A stretch of DNA of 64,000 bases from an uncultured delta proteobacterium (GTDB lineage Bacteria; Desulfobacterota; Binatia; Binatales; Binataceae), in NCBI GenBank assembly GCA_963851325.1, contig CAWKOR010000002.1, forward strand, positions 709,859-773,858, written 5' to 3'. Below the pieces are notes generated by a model that saw only the letters and a program-made list of their open reading frames with translations, was not told the DNA's origin and made no database searches. The position numbers were made by a program, and so were the translations under genes. Shown here piece by piece: positions 49,075-59,012 of the stretch (the first letter of the stretch is position 1; each line of letters begins with the position of its first letter).

Positions 49075-50286
49075 TCAACCACCACATGTGGGGGGGGGTT
49101 CGCACGCAGCAGTATTCGCGATGCGATCGCCGGCGAACAGACCGGTTTCTTTTTTCATGGTTTCCCGGACCACTTCCGCGACCCGATCGACCTCGCCGAT
49201 AGTGAGTGCGGGATGCATCGGGAGCGAGAGTGCGGTATCCGCAACCCTTTCCGCTTCGGGAAAGTCACCGCTCTTGTATCCGAGGTAGCGGCACGCAGGC
49301 TGCAGATGCAACGGGAGCGGGTAATGAATTCCGCAACCGATATTCTTCTCCAGCAGCGCTTGACGAATCGCATCGCGCTTCTCGGTTCGAATCACAAACA
49401 GGTGATAGACCGATTCGTAACCCGCCGGTTCCACCGGCAGTTTTACGCCGCATTCGGCTATTCGCGCGCCGTATGCATCGGCGAGTTTGCGGCGCCGCCC
49501 ATTCCATTCATCGAGTTTCTCCAGCTTGGCGCGCAGCACCGCGGCCTGGATCGCATCCAAGCGCGCGTTATAGCCGATCTCTTGATGCGCATAGTGGGAG
49601 ATGCGTCCATGATCGCGCAGCGAGATGATGCGAGCTCTGAGCTCGTCATCGGCGACCGCGACCGCCCCGCCTTCACCCCACCCGCCCAGGTTCTTGCCGG
49701 GATAAAAGCTGAACGCGCTCGCGGCTCCCATCGCGCCGGCGCGAACCCATCCGGACGGAGTCTCGATGCGTGCGCCATGCGCCTGGCAGGCGTCTTCGAC
49801 CACCAGTGCGCCAAACTCATGCGCAATCGCGTTGAGTTCCGCCATCGCGGCTGGGAGGCCATAGAGATGCACCGGCAGGATCACCTGCTTGTGCGGTTTG
49901 CCGTTGCGATTTTTGTGGGTCTCCAAATAGCGGCGGACCGCTTCCGGACTCAGATTGCAAGTTTGCGGATCGACGTCGACGAAGACCGGTTTGGCGCCAG
50001 TCTGAATGATGCTGGCCGCAGTCGCGATGAAGGTCATCGGGGTAGTGATGACCTCGTCGCCAGGACCGACTTCGAGCGCCATCAGCGCGAGGCGCAAGGC
50101 ATCGGTTCCCGAGCCCACGCCGATGACGTGAGGCACGCCGAGGTATTCGGCGAATTCCTTTTCGAACGCCTCGACATGCGGACCGCCGATGTACGCGGTA
50201 TTCTTGTGGATCTCCGCGAACTCGCGATCCACGCGCTCGCGGATCTCCTCGTTCATTGCGGCGAGATCGACAAACTTAATTTGCAT
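49075..50286 (-). CDS. DegT/DnrJ/EryC1/StrS aminotransferase (WbpE-like)
   Basis: SGTDAL, PVHLYG, EDACQAHG, SFYPGKNLG. Confidence 0.93.
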   Translation of the reverse strand: MQIKFVDLAAMNEEIRERVDREFAEIHKNTAYIGGPHVEAFEKEFAEYLGVPHVIGVGSGTDALRLALMALEVGPGDEVITTPMTFIATAASIIQTGAKPVFVDVDPQTCNLSPEAVRRYLETHKNRNGKPHKQVILPVHLYGLPAAMAELNAIAHEFGALVVEDACQAHGARIETPSGWVRAGAMGAASAFSFYPGKNLGGWGEGGAVAVADDELRARIISLRDHGRISHYAHQEIGYNARLDAIQAAVLRAKLEKLDEWNGRRRKLADAYGARIAECGVKLPVEPAGYESVYHLFVIRTEKRDAIRQALLEKNIGCGIHYPLPLHLQPACRYLGYKSGDFPEAERVADTALSLPMHPALTIGEVDRVAEVVRETMKKETGLFAGDRIANTAACEPPPTCGG

Positions 50287-50812
50287 TCTGACTTCCCCTT
50301 TTCTCTGCAGTGCCGTTTTCCTCGAGCATTAGCCTGCGCACCCGAGCCGGATGACCCGCGACCACCGCGTAGGGCGGTACATCGTGGGTCACCAGCGCGC
50401 CCGCGCCGACCATCGCTCGCTCTCCAACGGTAACTCCACACATGATGATGGCGCCGCTTCCGATTGAAGCGCCGGTGCGTATTCTGGTCTCTTCCAGTTG
50501 CCAATCGCTCTCGCTTTGCAGCGAGCCGTCACCGTTGACGGCTCGCGGAAGGCGATCGTTGATAAAAACCACTCCGTGTCCGATAAACACGCCATCTTCG
50601 ATAACCACGCCCGAACAGATGAAAGTGTGGCTGGAGATTTTGCAGCGCCGGCCGATGCTGGCCTGCTTCTGAACCTCGACGAAGGCGCCGATCCGCGTGT
50701 CATCGCCAACTTCGCAACCATACAAATTGACGAAGGGCGCCAGGCGAACATTCTCGCCGAGCTTCACATCGTCGGCGACACAGACATTGGCCGGTAGCGT
50801 GGAACGATCCAT
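50276..50812 (-). CDS. Hexapeptide-repeat N-acyltransferase (WbpD-like)
   Basis: VNLYGC, KISSHTFIC, GASIGSGA, VGAGALVT. Confidence 0.9.
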   Translation of the reverse strand: MDRSTLPANVCVADDVKLGENVRLAPFVNLYGCEVGDDTRIGAFVEVQKQASIGRRCKISSHTFICSGVVIEDGVFIGHGVVFINDRLPRAVNGDGSLQSESDWQLEETRIRTGASIGSGAIIMCGVTVGERAMVGAGALVTHDVPPYAVVAGHPARVRRLMLEENGTAEKRGSQNAN

Positions 50813-50814
50813 TT

Positions 50815-51933
50815 TTAGACCTCACCTCGCGACACCGGCATCATTGCGCCGCCGTTCTTGAGCGATAGATTGGCTGCCTCGAGCACACTCACTACCCGCA
50901 ATCCTGAGAGGCCGTCGGTGCGCGGCGTCTCGCCCTTGCGGATGCAATCGACGAAGTGCTCGCACTCGAGCTTGAGCGGCTCAGATTCGTCGACTCGCGG
51001 GATCATCACGTTGCCGTAGCGATAGGAGAACTGGAATTCGCCGAAGGTGTCGTAGTACGGCGCCACATCGACGCCCTTGTCGTAGATGCGAATTTTTTCC
51101 TGCAGCGCGAGATCATCGTAAACCAACATCTTTTTGGAGCCGACGATGGTGGTGCGCCGAATCTTGTTGGGATCGAGCCAGCTCACATGGATGAACGCGA
51201 TGACGTTGCGGGGGAAGTGCAGCGAGAGCATCGCCACATCCTCAATTCCGCGCTTGTAGTGACTCTGTCCCTGGCAGCTCACCGCTTCCGGAACCCGGCC
51301 GCCCATCAACATCAGGATTATCGAGATGTCGTGCGTGGCGAGGTCCCACGCGACGTTGACGTCATGCTGGATGAGCCCCAGGTTGGCGCGAATCGAGCTC
51401 AAGTAGAACATGTCCCCCAACTCGCCCGACTCGATGATGTCGCGCATCTTGAGGACCGGGGCGCTGTATTCGAAGGTATGCCCGACCATGAGAACGCGGC
51501 CCTGGTCGCGCGCGATGCGCACCAGTTCCGAGGCCTCGGCCACGGACATGGCGAGCGGCTTTTCCACCAGCACTGACTTGCCCGCGAGCAAGGCCTTCTT
51601 GGCCAGCGGGAAATGCGTGCTGACCGGAGTGGCGATAACCAAACCTTCGATCTCGCGATCTTTGAGGAGATCGTCGAGATTTCCGGAGCTCTCGACTCCG
51701 GTGTATAGACCGCGAACGTGGTCCCGACGCTTGGCGTCGAGATCGCAGGCAACTACTCGTCTCGATTGTCCCAATTGATGAAGATTGCGGACCCAGTTGG
51801 GACCCCAATATCCGAGACCGACGACTCCGATGCCGCTAATTTTGTACTTGGCGGTCTCGCGCCCGTTTCCGTCGCGAGGCGTAGCCACATCGGTAGTGAC
51901 GCCGACCGTACCCAGTCTCACCACTTCACTCAT
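50815..51933 (-). CDS. Gfo/Idh/MocA oxidoreductase (nucleotide-sugar 3-dehydrogenase-like)
   Basis: GLGYWGPN, ATP..TH, VEKP, DLATHD. Confidence 0.9.
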   Translation of the reverse strand: MSEVVRLGTVGVTTDVATPRDGNGRETAKYKISGIGVVGLGYWGPNWVRNLHQLGQSRRVVACDLDAKRRDHVRGLYTGVESSGNLDDLLKDREIEGLVIATPVSTHFPLAKKALLAGKSVLVEKPLAMSVAEASELVRIARDQGRVLMVGHTFEYSAPVLKMRDIIESGELGDMFYLSSIRANLGLIQHDVNVAWDLATHDISIILMLMGGRVPEAVSCQGQSHYKRGIEDVAMLSLHFPRNVIAFIHVSWLDPNKIRRTTIVGSKKMLVYDDLALQEKIRIYDKGVDVAPYYDTFGEFQFSYRYGNVMIPRVDESEPLKLECEHFVDCIRKGETPRTDGLSGLRVVSVLEAANLSLKNGGAMMPVSRGEV

Positions 51934-52694
51934 GATCCGAGAAGTCTCCTCAGGGGTTTGGCAACCGATCTGGTTGCGCCGTTTAGGACCACACCGGCCA
52001 CCGGCCGATTGGCCGCTCGCAGTCCGGCCACCGTCGTCGCAAGTTCGCTGCGCTCGGTGTAACCGTGGCGGACTACCAGCAGGATGGGATCGTTGGGACG
52101 CGCCAGCGGAAGCATCCGCGCGTCTAGTCGAGGAACACCCAGGTCGATCACGGCGGCCTGGTAACGATTCAGAAGACCTTCGAAATCCGCGAGCTGCTGC
52201 AAACGCTCGTCGTCGCTGGAAACCGGGCAACAGGTCGCAAGGTCCAGCCGGGGCCACTCGGTCGCACGAATCTGCAGTGAGCCATCCAGCACCAGTTCGG
52301 GATTGGCGCTGCCCGGCGGCACGAAGGTCCGATGCAAATTCGGGTGGCGCAGATGCGCATCGACGCAGATGGTTCGCAGGCCCAGCCGCTGGCTTAGATC
52401 AATCGCCAGTGCAGAAGCGACGGTTGTAGCGCCGTCACCGGGACGGCATCCACTGATCAGCAAACGCACCGAATGATCGATCACAGCCAACGGTGCGAGC
52501 TGTTCCGCGAGCCGTCGGATGGCCTTGGAACGCGCTACCCGGCCGGGCGCATCATCGAGAATCGGTAGGGGAACCAGTTGCCCGGTGTCGCCCGGTTTGG
52601 CGCCGTTGGTATTGCCGGCGTAATCCAGCGCCAGTCTGACTTGCGAAGCCTGCTCAACCAGGCTGCGGTTTATCGCCTCGTGGTACTTACTCAC
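51930..52694 (-). CDS. CpsD/CapB-like BY-kinase domain protein with a degenerate Walker A
   Basis: RPGDGATT, VDAHLRHP, AVID, GVVLN; no Tyr cluster. Confidence 0.75.
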   Translation of the reverse strand: MSKYHEAINRSLVEQASQVRLALDYAGNTNGAKPGDTGQLVPLPILDDAPGRVARSKAIRRLAEQLAPLAVIDHSVRLLISGCRPGDGATTVASALAIDLSQRLGLRTICVDAHLRHPNLHRTFVPPGSANPELVLDGSLQIRATEWPRLDLATCCPVSSDDERLQQLADFEGLLNRYQAAVIDLGVPRLDARMLPLARPNDPILLVVRHGYTERSELATTVAGLRAANRPVAGVVLNGATRSVAKPLRRLLGS

Positions 52695-52697
52695 GAA

Positions 52698-53909
52698 TCA
52701 CTCGCCCTCGCCGTCGCTAACGCGCTGTTTCGCGAGCCGCACGGCGGTTGGTTTGGAGGTGGATTTTGTCGAGGTGAGTTTGGGCGAACGCGTCGCGTCC
52801 GAAGCAATCTCATCGGACGGCAACGTATAGTCGGGCACCGCTATTGGCGTGGTCGACGATGCCGCCTCCTCGTGCTCGGTCAGCGCAGACTGCGGCTCCA
52901 AGGTCTGCTCGCGCAAGCCGTTGAGCGCTTCTGGAATCGGCATGCGATGATTCCATTTGCCAAGATGCGGACCGAAAGCGATCGCCAGGATCAACAAGCC
53001 CGCCAGCGCGGCAGCGACCGCGGCCACTCGCGGATACCAGCCCAGCCTCGTGCCATCGCGAGGAGTAGGGTTCTCGTTAGAGGAGGCTTTGATCGCAGCG
53101 GTGAAGAGATCCTGGTACTCGGCAACCGCCTCCTTCGCCATCTTGAGGGTGACCTGCTTGGCGCCGGCGGCATACGCGAGCAGCATCGCGTTGTGGCAGA
53201 GCACATTTACCCGCCGCGGCACGCCCGCACTGGCGGCGACGATGTACTTCAGCGCCTTGCTGTTGAAAACTTTCTCGGCAGTCCCGCCTTTGGAGCGCAG
53301 CCGATAATCGATGTATTCAAGCGTTTCGTTCGCATCCAGCGGGACCAGCAGCGTGCGTGCTCCGATACGCTCGTTGAATTGGCGGAGATTCGGCGCCATC
53401 AGGCGTCGCAACAATTCGGGCTGGCCCGCCAGAATCAGTTGCAGTTGGTTTTCGCCGGGCCGACCGTAGTTCGAGAGAAGGCGAAGTTCCTCCAGCGCGT
53501 CGTCGCTGAGGCCTTGGGCTTCGTCGAAAATGACCACTACGCGCTCGGCCGGACGCAACGAACCCAGGAAACTTCCTAGTTCGTCGAGCATTTCGCCCTT
53601 GGACAAACCTGCCGCTTCGACTCCTAGCTGGGTCAGGATGAGGCGCAGCACGTCAGCAAATTCGAGGCGCGGATTAGTTACGTATGCCAGATGCAGCCGT
53701 TGATATTGACGCGACAGTAGCGACGCGATGAGCGTGGTTTTGCCGGTACCGCTTTCGCCGGCGAGTAACGAGAAGCCACTGCTCTCGTGCATCAAGCCCC
53801 ATTCCAGCGCCGCCATGCCCTCGCGATGCGTCTGGCTCATGTAGACCATCGCCGGCGACGGGGTGAACTGAAAGGGCGGTCCATTTAGTCCGAAATGCTG
53901 GTAATACAC
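52698..53909 (-). CDS. ExeA/GspA-like AAA ATPase
   Basis: MYYQHFGL..PF, GESGTGKT, FDEAQ, LAGQPEL, GVPRRVN. Confidence 0.9.
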   Translation of the reverse strand: MYYQHFGLNGPPFQFTPSPAMVYMSQTHREGMAALEWGLMHESSGFSLLAGESGTGKTTLIASLLSRQYQRLHLAYVTNPRLEFADVLRLILTQLGVEAAGLSKGEMLDELGSFLGSLRPAERVVVIFDEAQGLSDDALEELRLLSNYGRPGENQLQLILAGQPELLRRLMAPNLRQFNERIGARTLLVPLDANETLEYIDYRLRSKGGTAEKVFNSKALKYIVAASAGVPRRVNVLCHNAMLLAYAAGAKQVTLKMAKEAVAEYQDLFTAAIKASSNENPTPRDGTRLGWYPRVAAVAAALAGLLILAIAFGPHLGKWNHRMPIPEALNGLREQTLEPQSALTEHEEAASSTTPIAVPDYTLPSDEIASDATRSPKLTSTKSTSKPTAVRLAKQRVSDGEGE

Positions 53910-53918
53910 AGTTGGTCC

Positions 53919-55436
53919 TTAGAACTCGTCGCTCAGTACGGCGACGGTTTCCAATCCGGCTACTTCAGAGATGGTGGCAGACGAGTAGATCTTCGGATCG
54001 TTTTCCTCTTCGCGATACGCTGCTCCGACGCCCAGCAGCAGGCCCAGAATGAGACCGGCGGCGGTGTTGAGCGGAACCTTAGGAAACACCGGCCGCAAGG
54101 GCGTGGTGGCGGGCTGCGCTACGCTGACGTTGAGGATTCGGCTTTGGTTAAGAGCTTCCGCAGCGCGCGCCTCTTCACTCTTGCGCACATAGGATAGATA
54201 CGCGTCCTTGCTGTTTTGCACCGCGCGCTGGAGACGATCCAACACCACGATGTTGCCGGCCATGTCGGTCAGTTGCTGGCGCGCCGCGGCTACTTGTCCG
54301 GCAATCGACGCCTGGCTCGCCTTGAGAGCCGAAACCTGGGCGCGCGCCTGATTCAGGTTGGTATTGATGGTCACCCACAGCGGGTTGATATCAGTGCTCT
54401 TTTCGGAAATCTCCAGGTGATCTTCGGTATCAAGGATTTTTTGGGCAGCAGCGAGTTTCGCATCGATCTGACGGATGCGCTCACTGTTGGGCTGGTAGCG
54501 AGTGAGCAACTCCGCGCGTTCGGCGCGCAACTGCATGACCTGCGGCTTGAGCTGCGCCAACGCCATGTTTTGGACCTGACGTGTTTCCTTGGAGAGGCGG
54601 TCCGGAGTTTGATCGAGCATCGCCTTGAAAGACACCGCCTGCTGATCGTTGAACGCGAGATCGGATTCGTTCTTGTCGAGCAGCAATTGAAGCTGATCGA
54701 GGCGCTCCACGAGACCGGTACGCTGGTCTTCAACGCTGGTGATGCCGCTCTTGACCTGGAACTCGCGCAATTGTTCTTCTGCGGCTTCCAGCTTTGCTTG
54801 CAGCATCTTGGCCTGTTGGTTGAAAAACTGTTCGGCCGCCGGGTCGTGTGAAATGTGCGCGTGATAATCGAGATAGGCGCCGATTAAAAGGTCCAGGAAC
54901 TGCTTGGACCAAGCCGGCTCATGCGACCGGAAGTTCACTTCGATGATGTCGGACTTCTTAATGATCGAGGCCGATAGATGCTGGCTTAGCTCGATTGCCC
55001 ACGCCTCGCGCGGATCAAGCTTCGGCGTATCATGCATCACGCGATAGCCGGCGCCCGGCAGCCCCAGCACATAGTTGACGCCATTGAGCAGCGGCGCCGT
55101 GATTCCCTTGTGATGGACAGGAGGAGGCAAGGACGCGATCGCGCGTCGGATGATGTAGGTGCTGGTCAGCAGTTCCATCTCGGAATTCAGGTCTTCCTCA
55201 TTGACCGGATTGGAGACCACGGCAGGATTCTGCGGGGTAGTCGCCGCCAGTCCGGGCGAAACCAGCAATTCGGCCCGATTGTCACGCACGAAGATCTTCG
55301 CGGTGCCCTGGTAAATCGGCGGCCAGAGCAGGGTTCCGACAACCACCAGGCCGAACACCACAGCGCATACTTCGAGCACCGTCGTGCGGCGCCGAAAGAT
55401 CATTTCTATCCAGTAGTTGAGGTCGCGTGTGTTCAT
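53919..55436 (-). CDS. GumC/Wzc-type polysaccharide chain-length determinant
   Basis: Two TM helices flanking a long coiled coil; P..PVFP motif before TM2. Confidence 0.88.
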   Translation of the reverse strand: MNTRDLNYWIEMIFRRRTTVLEVCAVVFGLVVVGTLLWPPIYQGTAKIFVRDNRAELLVSPGLAATTPQNPAVVSNPVNEEDLNSEMELLTSTYIIRRAIASLPPPVHHKGITAPLLNGVNYVLGLPGAGYRVMHDTPKLDPREAWAIELSQHLSASIIKKSDIIEVNFRSHEPAWSKQFLDLLIGAYLDYHAHISHDPAAEQFFNQQAKMLQAKLEAAEEQLREFQVKSGITSVEDQRTGLVERLDQLQLLLDKNESDLAFNDQQAVSFKAMLDQTPDRLSKETRQVQNMALAQLKPQVMQLRAERAELLTRYQPNSERIRQIDAKLAAAQKILDTEDHLEISEKSTDINPLWVTINTNLNQARAQVSALKASQASIAGQVAAARQQLTDMAGNIVVLDRLQRAVQNSKDAYLSYVRKSEEARAAEALNQSRILNVSVAQPATTPLRPVFPKVPLNTAAGLILGLLLGVGAAYREEENDPKIYSSATISEVAGLETVAVLSDEF

Positions 55437-55459
55437 ACTGCTGCTTCTTCTATGCGTGC

Positions 55460-56344
55460 TTACGGAATTCCCGGTGCGAGATATGGCTGGACCGGTAGTA
55501 GATCCCGGATGTACTGCTTGACGAAGAGATCTACGTTGGCAATCTTGCTGCGCGGCACTACCAGAGTGTCGTGCGGCATCAACATTACGTCCTCACCCTT
55601 GTCGGGCGAATTGGTGGCGGAGGCCAAATCAATCCTGGAACCATCTGCACGTCCGCACGCGTCCCGGCGAATCAGTACCACGTTGGCCAATTCGGCCTCG
55701 TCGGTTTGACCACCGGCGTTGGCGATTGCCTGCATCGCGGTCATTCCAGGTTGAAGTGAAAATGAACCCGGATGATTCACCTGGCCTTCGACGAAGACCT
55801 GACGGCTAGGCATGTTCTGAACATGAACCGTCGCGCTCGGGTTCTTCAGCTCTTTGGAATATGCCTGATTGATTTCCGCGGAGAGCTGTCCCGGGCTGAG
55901 CCCGGCCGCCTGAAGCGGCCCGACCAGGCGCAACACGATGCGTCCGTCCGGCTGTACTGAGACGTTGTCGTTAAATTCGGAATTCAGATAGAAATCGACC
56001 GCCAGCTGGTCCCCGGGCTGGATGCGATAACCGCCGCTGTCCAGCGAGGCCGCCTGAAAGCTCGCACCACTCTCAATGCATTGCTCGGGGCTGATCATCG
56101 CAGTCTGATGTAAATCGCGCTGGCCGGGTTCGTCGCCACGGCTGCTGGATTGTGAAGAGCAGGCCGCCAGAGCGATCGCACAGAAGAACGAGATGAGTGC
56201 GGAGCGGAAGAATTTGTTGCAACAGGATTCCATCTTGGTTGCACTCATGAGTCTAAGATGCCGGCGCGATCGTACAAACATTCTGCACTGAATGTTTCGC
56301 TGAGGCAAACTAGTTGTTTTTCGCGTTTCGTGCAAGTCTTGCAT
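55460..56344 (-). CDS. wza: Polysaccharide export lipoprotein (Wza-like)
   Basis: LAAC lipobox, YRIQPGD, VQPDGRI, VEGQVNHPG; strong RBS AAGGAGGAG before ATG 56344. Confidence 0.88.
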   Translation of the reverse strand: MQDLHETRKTTSLPQRNIQCRMFVRSRRHLRLMSATKMESCCNKFFRSALISFFCAIALAACSSQSSSRGDEPGQRDLHQTAMISPEQCIESGASFQAASLDSGGYRIQPGDQLAVDFYLNSEFNDNVSVQPDGRIVLRLVGPLQAAGLSPGQLSAEINQAYSKELKNPSATVHVQNMPSRQVFVEGQVNHPGSFSLQPGMTAMQAIANAGGQTDEAELANVVLIRRDACGRADGSRIDLASATNSPDKGEDVMLMPHDTLVVPRSKIANVDLFVKQYIRDLLPVQPYLAPGIP

Positions 56345-56555
56345 GAAACGCTCCTCCTTACCTGCGAATAGGTGTTAAGACAGTTCTGATTATGCACTTT
56401 CTTTCTCGATGATACAATAGAGCATTATTTCAATGAATGACATAGCAAGAAGGCTGAGCCTCAATTATTGAGACTATATAAGGCTGTGAGATGTTAAAGA
56501 ACGGCAAGAGCGTCTTTGATGGCGCTTTTGCGCGTTATACTACGCGCTCTCATTG

Positions 56556-56570
56556 GCAACTGACGTGCCA
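56556..56570 (-). promoter_or_regulatory. Sigma54 (-24/-12) promoter for the EPS operon
   Basis: Minus strand TGGCACG-TCAG-TTGC is a perfect consensus pointing at wza. Confidence 0.8.
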
Positions 56571-56633
56571 GCACCGAAATTTCTTCAAACTGCGGTAAAT
56601 CTCAATTGTCACCCCCGAGCAACTTGTTGCGTT

Positions 56634-56669
56634 TGTAACAATTACCGCGGCGGCTGGGTAGGAATTACA
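56634..56669. promoter_or_regulatory. Candidate tandem enhancer (bEBP) sites
   Basis: TGTAA-CAA-TTACC (56634-56646) and GGTAG-GAA-TTACA (56657-56669), 65-100 bp upstream of the -24 box. Confidence 0.45.
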
Positions 56670-56863
56670 AAATTGACCGGATTTGCACCCCCGTCTGATC
56701 AGAAAATTCCATATCGGTCGCTGTTCGTACGATATCCGTCACGCGCGCCTAGAGCCAACGAAAAATTGTCCAATCGGTTGGACATTTGGTTGAGCATGAA
56801 CCTTGCGCAGTGAGTACCCAACCGCGCGAACGCGCACCCAGTTAGCACGAGCGGTGGAGCATC

Positions 56864-58831
56864 ATGGATACGAAATCAGCGACCGGTTTTTTTTCCCGCC
56901 TCGAAAGTTCCCCCCTCGCACGATTCCTCGCTTTCGTGCGACCTCATATGAAGTTAGCTGGTGCCGCCGCGGTGATGGGAATCATCAAGTTCAATCTACC
57001 GCTCGCATTCCCGCTCGCATTCAAATACATCGTCAACGTCTTGGTGGTTCGTGGTCACCAGCTCACCGGACTGAACGCATTCATGGATCGATGGTGTATT
57101 GCGATCGCTACCACGTTTGGGCTGGGCATCTCGATGGCATCCAAACTGGCGGTCTTGGTCGGCGTAATGACCTTGCTGATGCTCATTCAGGCGGCCGCAA
57201 CCTATTGCGCCGAGCATTGGACCGGCATCGCCGGCAACCGGATGATCCTCGACCTGCGCTGCGCGATGTTTCGCCATCTGCAGAGCCTGTCGCATTCATT
57301 TTTCGATCGTAACCCATCCGGTGCAGTAGCCTCGCGATTTATCAGCGACGTCGAGCTCGCGCAGAATTTGGTGAGTGGAACACTGGTCAATGTCTGGACC
57401 GATGCGGTCGCGCTTTTGACGATCGTTCCGATCCTGTTCCTGCTGGATCAACGCCTCGCCCTGATTTCGATTTGCGGATTTCCTTTTTATTTCGCTCTGA
57501 TTCGCCTATTTGCTCCGCGAATCCGAGCTGCCAGCCGCGACGTGCAACACATGATGGGCGAGTTTTCCGGCGAACTGACCGAGCAGGTGGCCGGAATGGG
57601 AATCATCAAGTCATACGGACGCGAATCGTATATCGCCGACAAGTTTCTCGATCGCACAGCTTTGCTGCATGAGCGCACGATCGAACGGGTGCGTCTGACG
57701 GCGCGTCAGCAAATGTATTGCGAATTCATCACCCGTATCGCGCCACTGGCGGTGGTTTCGGCGGCGGCGCTAATGATCGTCAGCGGCGGAATGGAAATCG
57801 GTACCGTGATCGCGTTCATCGGACTGCTCGGCTTCCTGTATGTGCCGATGGAGCGCTTCTCGCAGCTATCCACTATCGTGTCGGCCTCGTTGGCGGCGAT
57901 CGAGCGGATTTTCGAATTCCTCGATTCCAAACCGGAAGTCGTCGAGCAACCCAACGCCGTTCCGCTGGAAGTTAAATCGGGCTCCGTCAGCCTCGAGCAC
58001 GTTGACTTTGGCTATACCCCGCGCGACGGCAAAGATCCTCGCGAGGTCCTTAAGGATATCGATCTGCAGGTCGAAGGCGGCACGACGGTGGCATTCGTTG
58101 GCCGCTCGGGTGCCGGAAAAACTACCATCGCGAGCCTCGTGGCACGTTTTTACGATGCCACCGCTGGTCGCGTAATGATCGATGGCCAAGACGTTCGCAG
58201 CCTTTCGCTCGCCTCCTTGCGCGATACTATCGGTGTCGTGCATCAGGACGCGCTGCTGTTCAGCACCACCATCCGCGAGAACCTCCAGTTCGGCAAACAG
58301 ACCGCGACCGAAAAGGAAATGTGGGAAGCGCTCAATGATGCGAATATCAAGGCATTCGTCGAGGCGCTGCCCCAGAAACTGAACACCGTCATCGGTGAGC
58401 GCGGCGTCAAGCTGTCAGGCGGACAGCGGCAGCGCTTGGCGCTCGCCCGCGCGTTCCTCAAGAATCCGCCGATCCTGATCCTCGATGAGGCGACTTCGGC
58501 GCTCGACTCGGAAGCCGAAAATCTGATTCGCGATGCGATCCGCCGGCTGATGTCGAAGCGCACCTCCTTTATGATCGCGCATCGGCTCGCGATGGCGGTG
58601 AACGCCGACAAGATCGTGGTGCTCGACCAGGGCCGCATCGTCGAGGTCGGGACGCACCAAGAGCTCCTCGAGAAGCGGGGCCTCTATGCCACGCTGTTCA
58701 ACGAGCAGACCCGCGGCCTGGTTCCGCAATCCGCGATGGCAAAGGCACGCGAGGCTCGGCGCGAGAAGACCATTCGCAACACCGGTTTTAGTCCGCGCCT
58801 GCAGATCGTGAGCGGAGGCGCGGCGCGTTAG
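56864..58831 (+). CDS. ABC exporter, fused TMD-NBD (MsbA-like)
   Basis: GRSGAGKT, LSGGQRQR, ILDEATSALD, IAHRL. Confidence 0.93.
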   Translation: MDTKSATGFFSRLESSPLARFLAFVRPHMKLAGAAAVMGIIKFNLPLAFPLAFKYIVNVLVVRGHQLTGLNAFMDRWCIAIATTFGLGISMASKLAVLVGVMTLLMLIQAAATYCAEHWTGIAGNRMILDLRCAMFRHLQSLSHSFFDRNPSGAVASRFISDVELAQNLVSGTLVNVWTDAVALLTIVPILFLLDQRLALISICGFPFYFALIRLFAPRIRAASRDVQHMMGEFSGELTEQVAGMGIIKSYGRESYIADKFLDRTALLHERTIERVRLTARQQMYCEFITRIAPLAVVSAAALMIVSGGMEIGTVIAFIGLLGFLYVPMERFSQLSTIVSASLAAIERIFEFLDSKPEVVEQPNAVPLEVKSGSVSLEHVDFGYTPRDGKDPREVLKDIDLQVEGGTTVAFVGRSGAGKTTIASLVARFYDATAGRVMIDGQDVRSLSLASLRDTIGVVHQDALLFSTTIRENLQFGKQTATEKEMWEALNDANIKAFVEALPQKLNTVIGERGVKLSGGQRQRLALARAFLKNPPILILDEATSALDSEAENLIRDAIRRLMSKRTSFMIAHRLAMAVNADKIVVLDQGRIVEVGTHQELLEKRGLYATLFNEQTRGLVPQSAMAKAREARREKTIRNTGFSPRLQIVSGGAAR

Positions 58832-59012
58832 TTCTGAAGTTTGCCTCCTCGTTTCCTCCTCCTCAGTATGCTCGCGGCGTGCCTCCCCCCACGCCGCGAG
58901 CATCCGCTTCATACCGGCGAGCTCTCTCCACCCGAATCGCGTCCCCCTGCTAGTTACGATTAAACCCGCGCCGGCGATGCCGATCGTCATCAATTTCGCG
59001 TATGGTTTGATT

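Noticed and set aside
49057-49098. DegT tail TCGG-TGA in frame with the next gene (CxxU-like), with a hairpin and a 9-G run
   Set aside because: The hairpin apex is at about +11..+14 without GCCGU at +16, the next gene has its own ATG, and the tail is not a family redox motif. The G run affects only the last few codons, so phase variation is unlikely.
48463-50433. Long antisense ORFs (e.g. 656 aa at 48463-50433; also 32362-33519 and 39583-40722)
   Set aside because: They lie opposite well-supported genes and are typical high-GC shadow ORFs without motifs.
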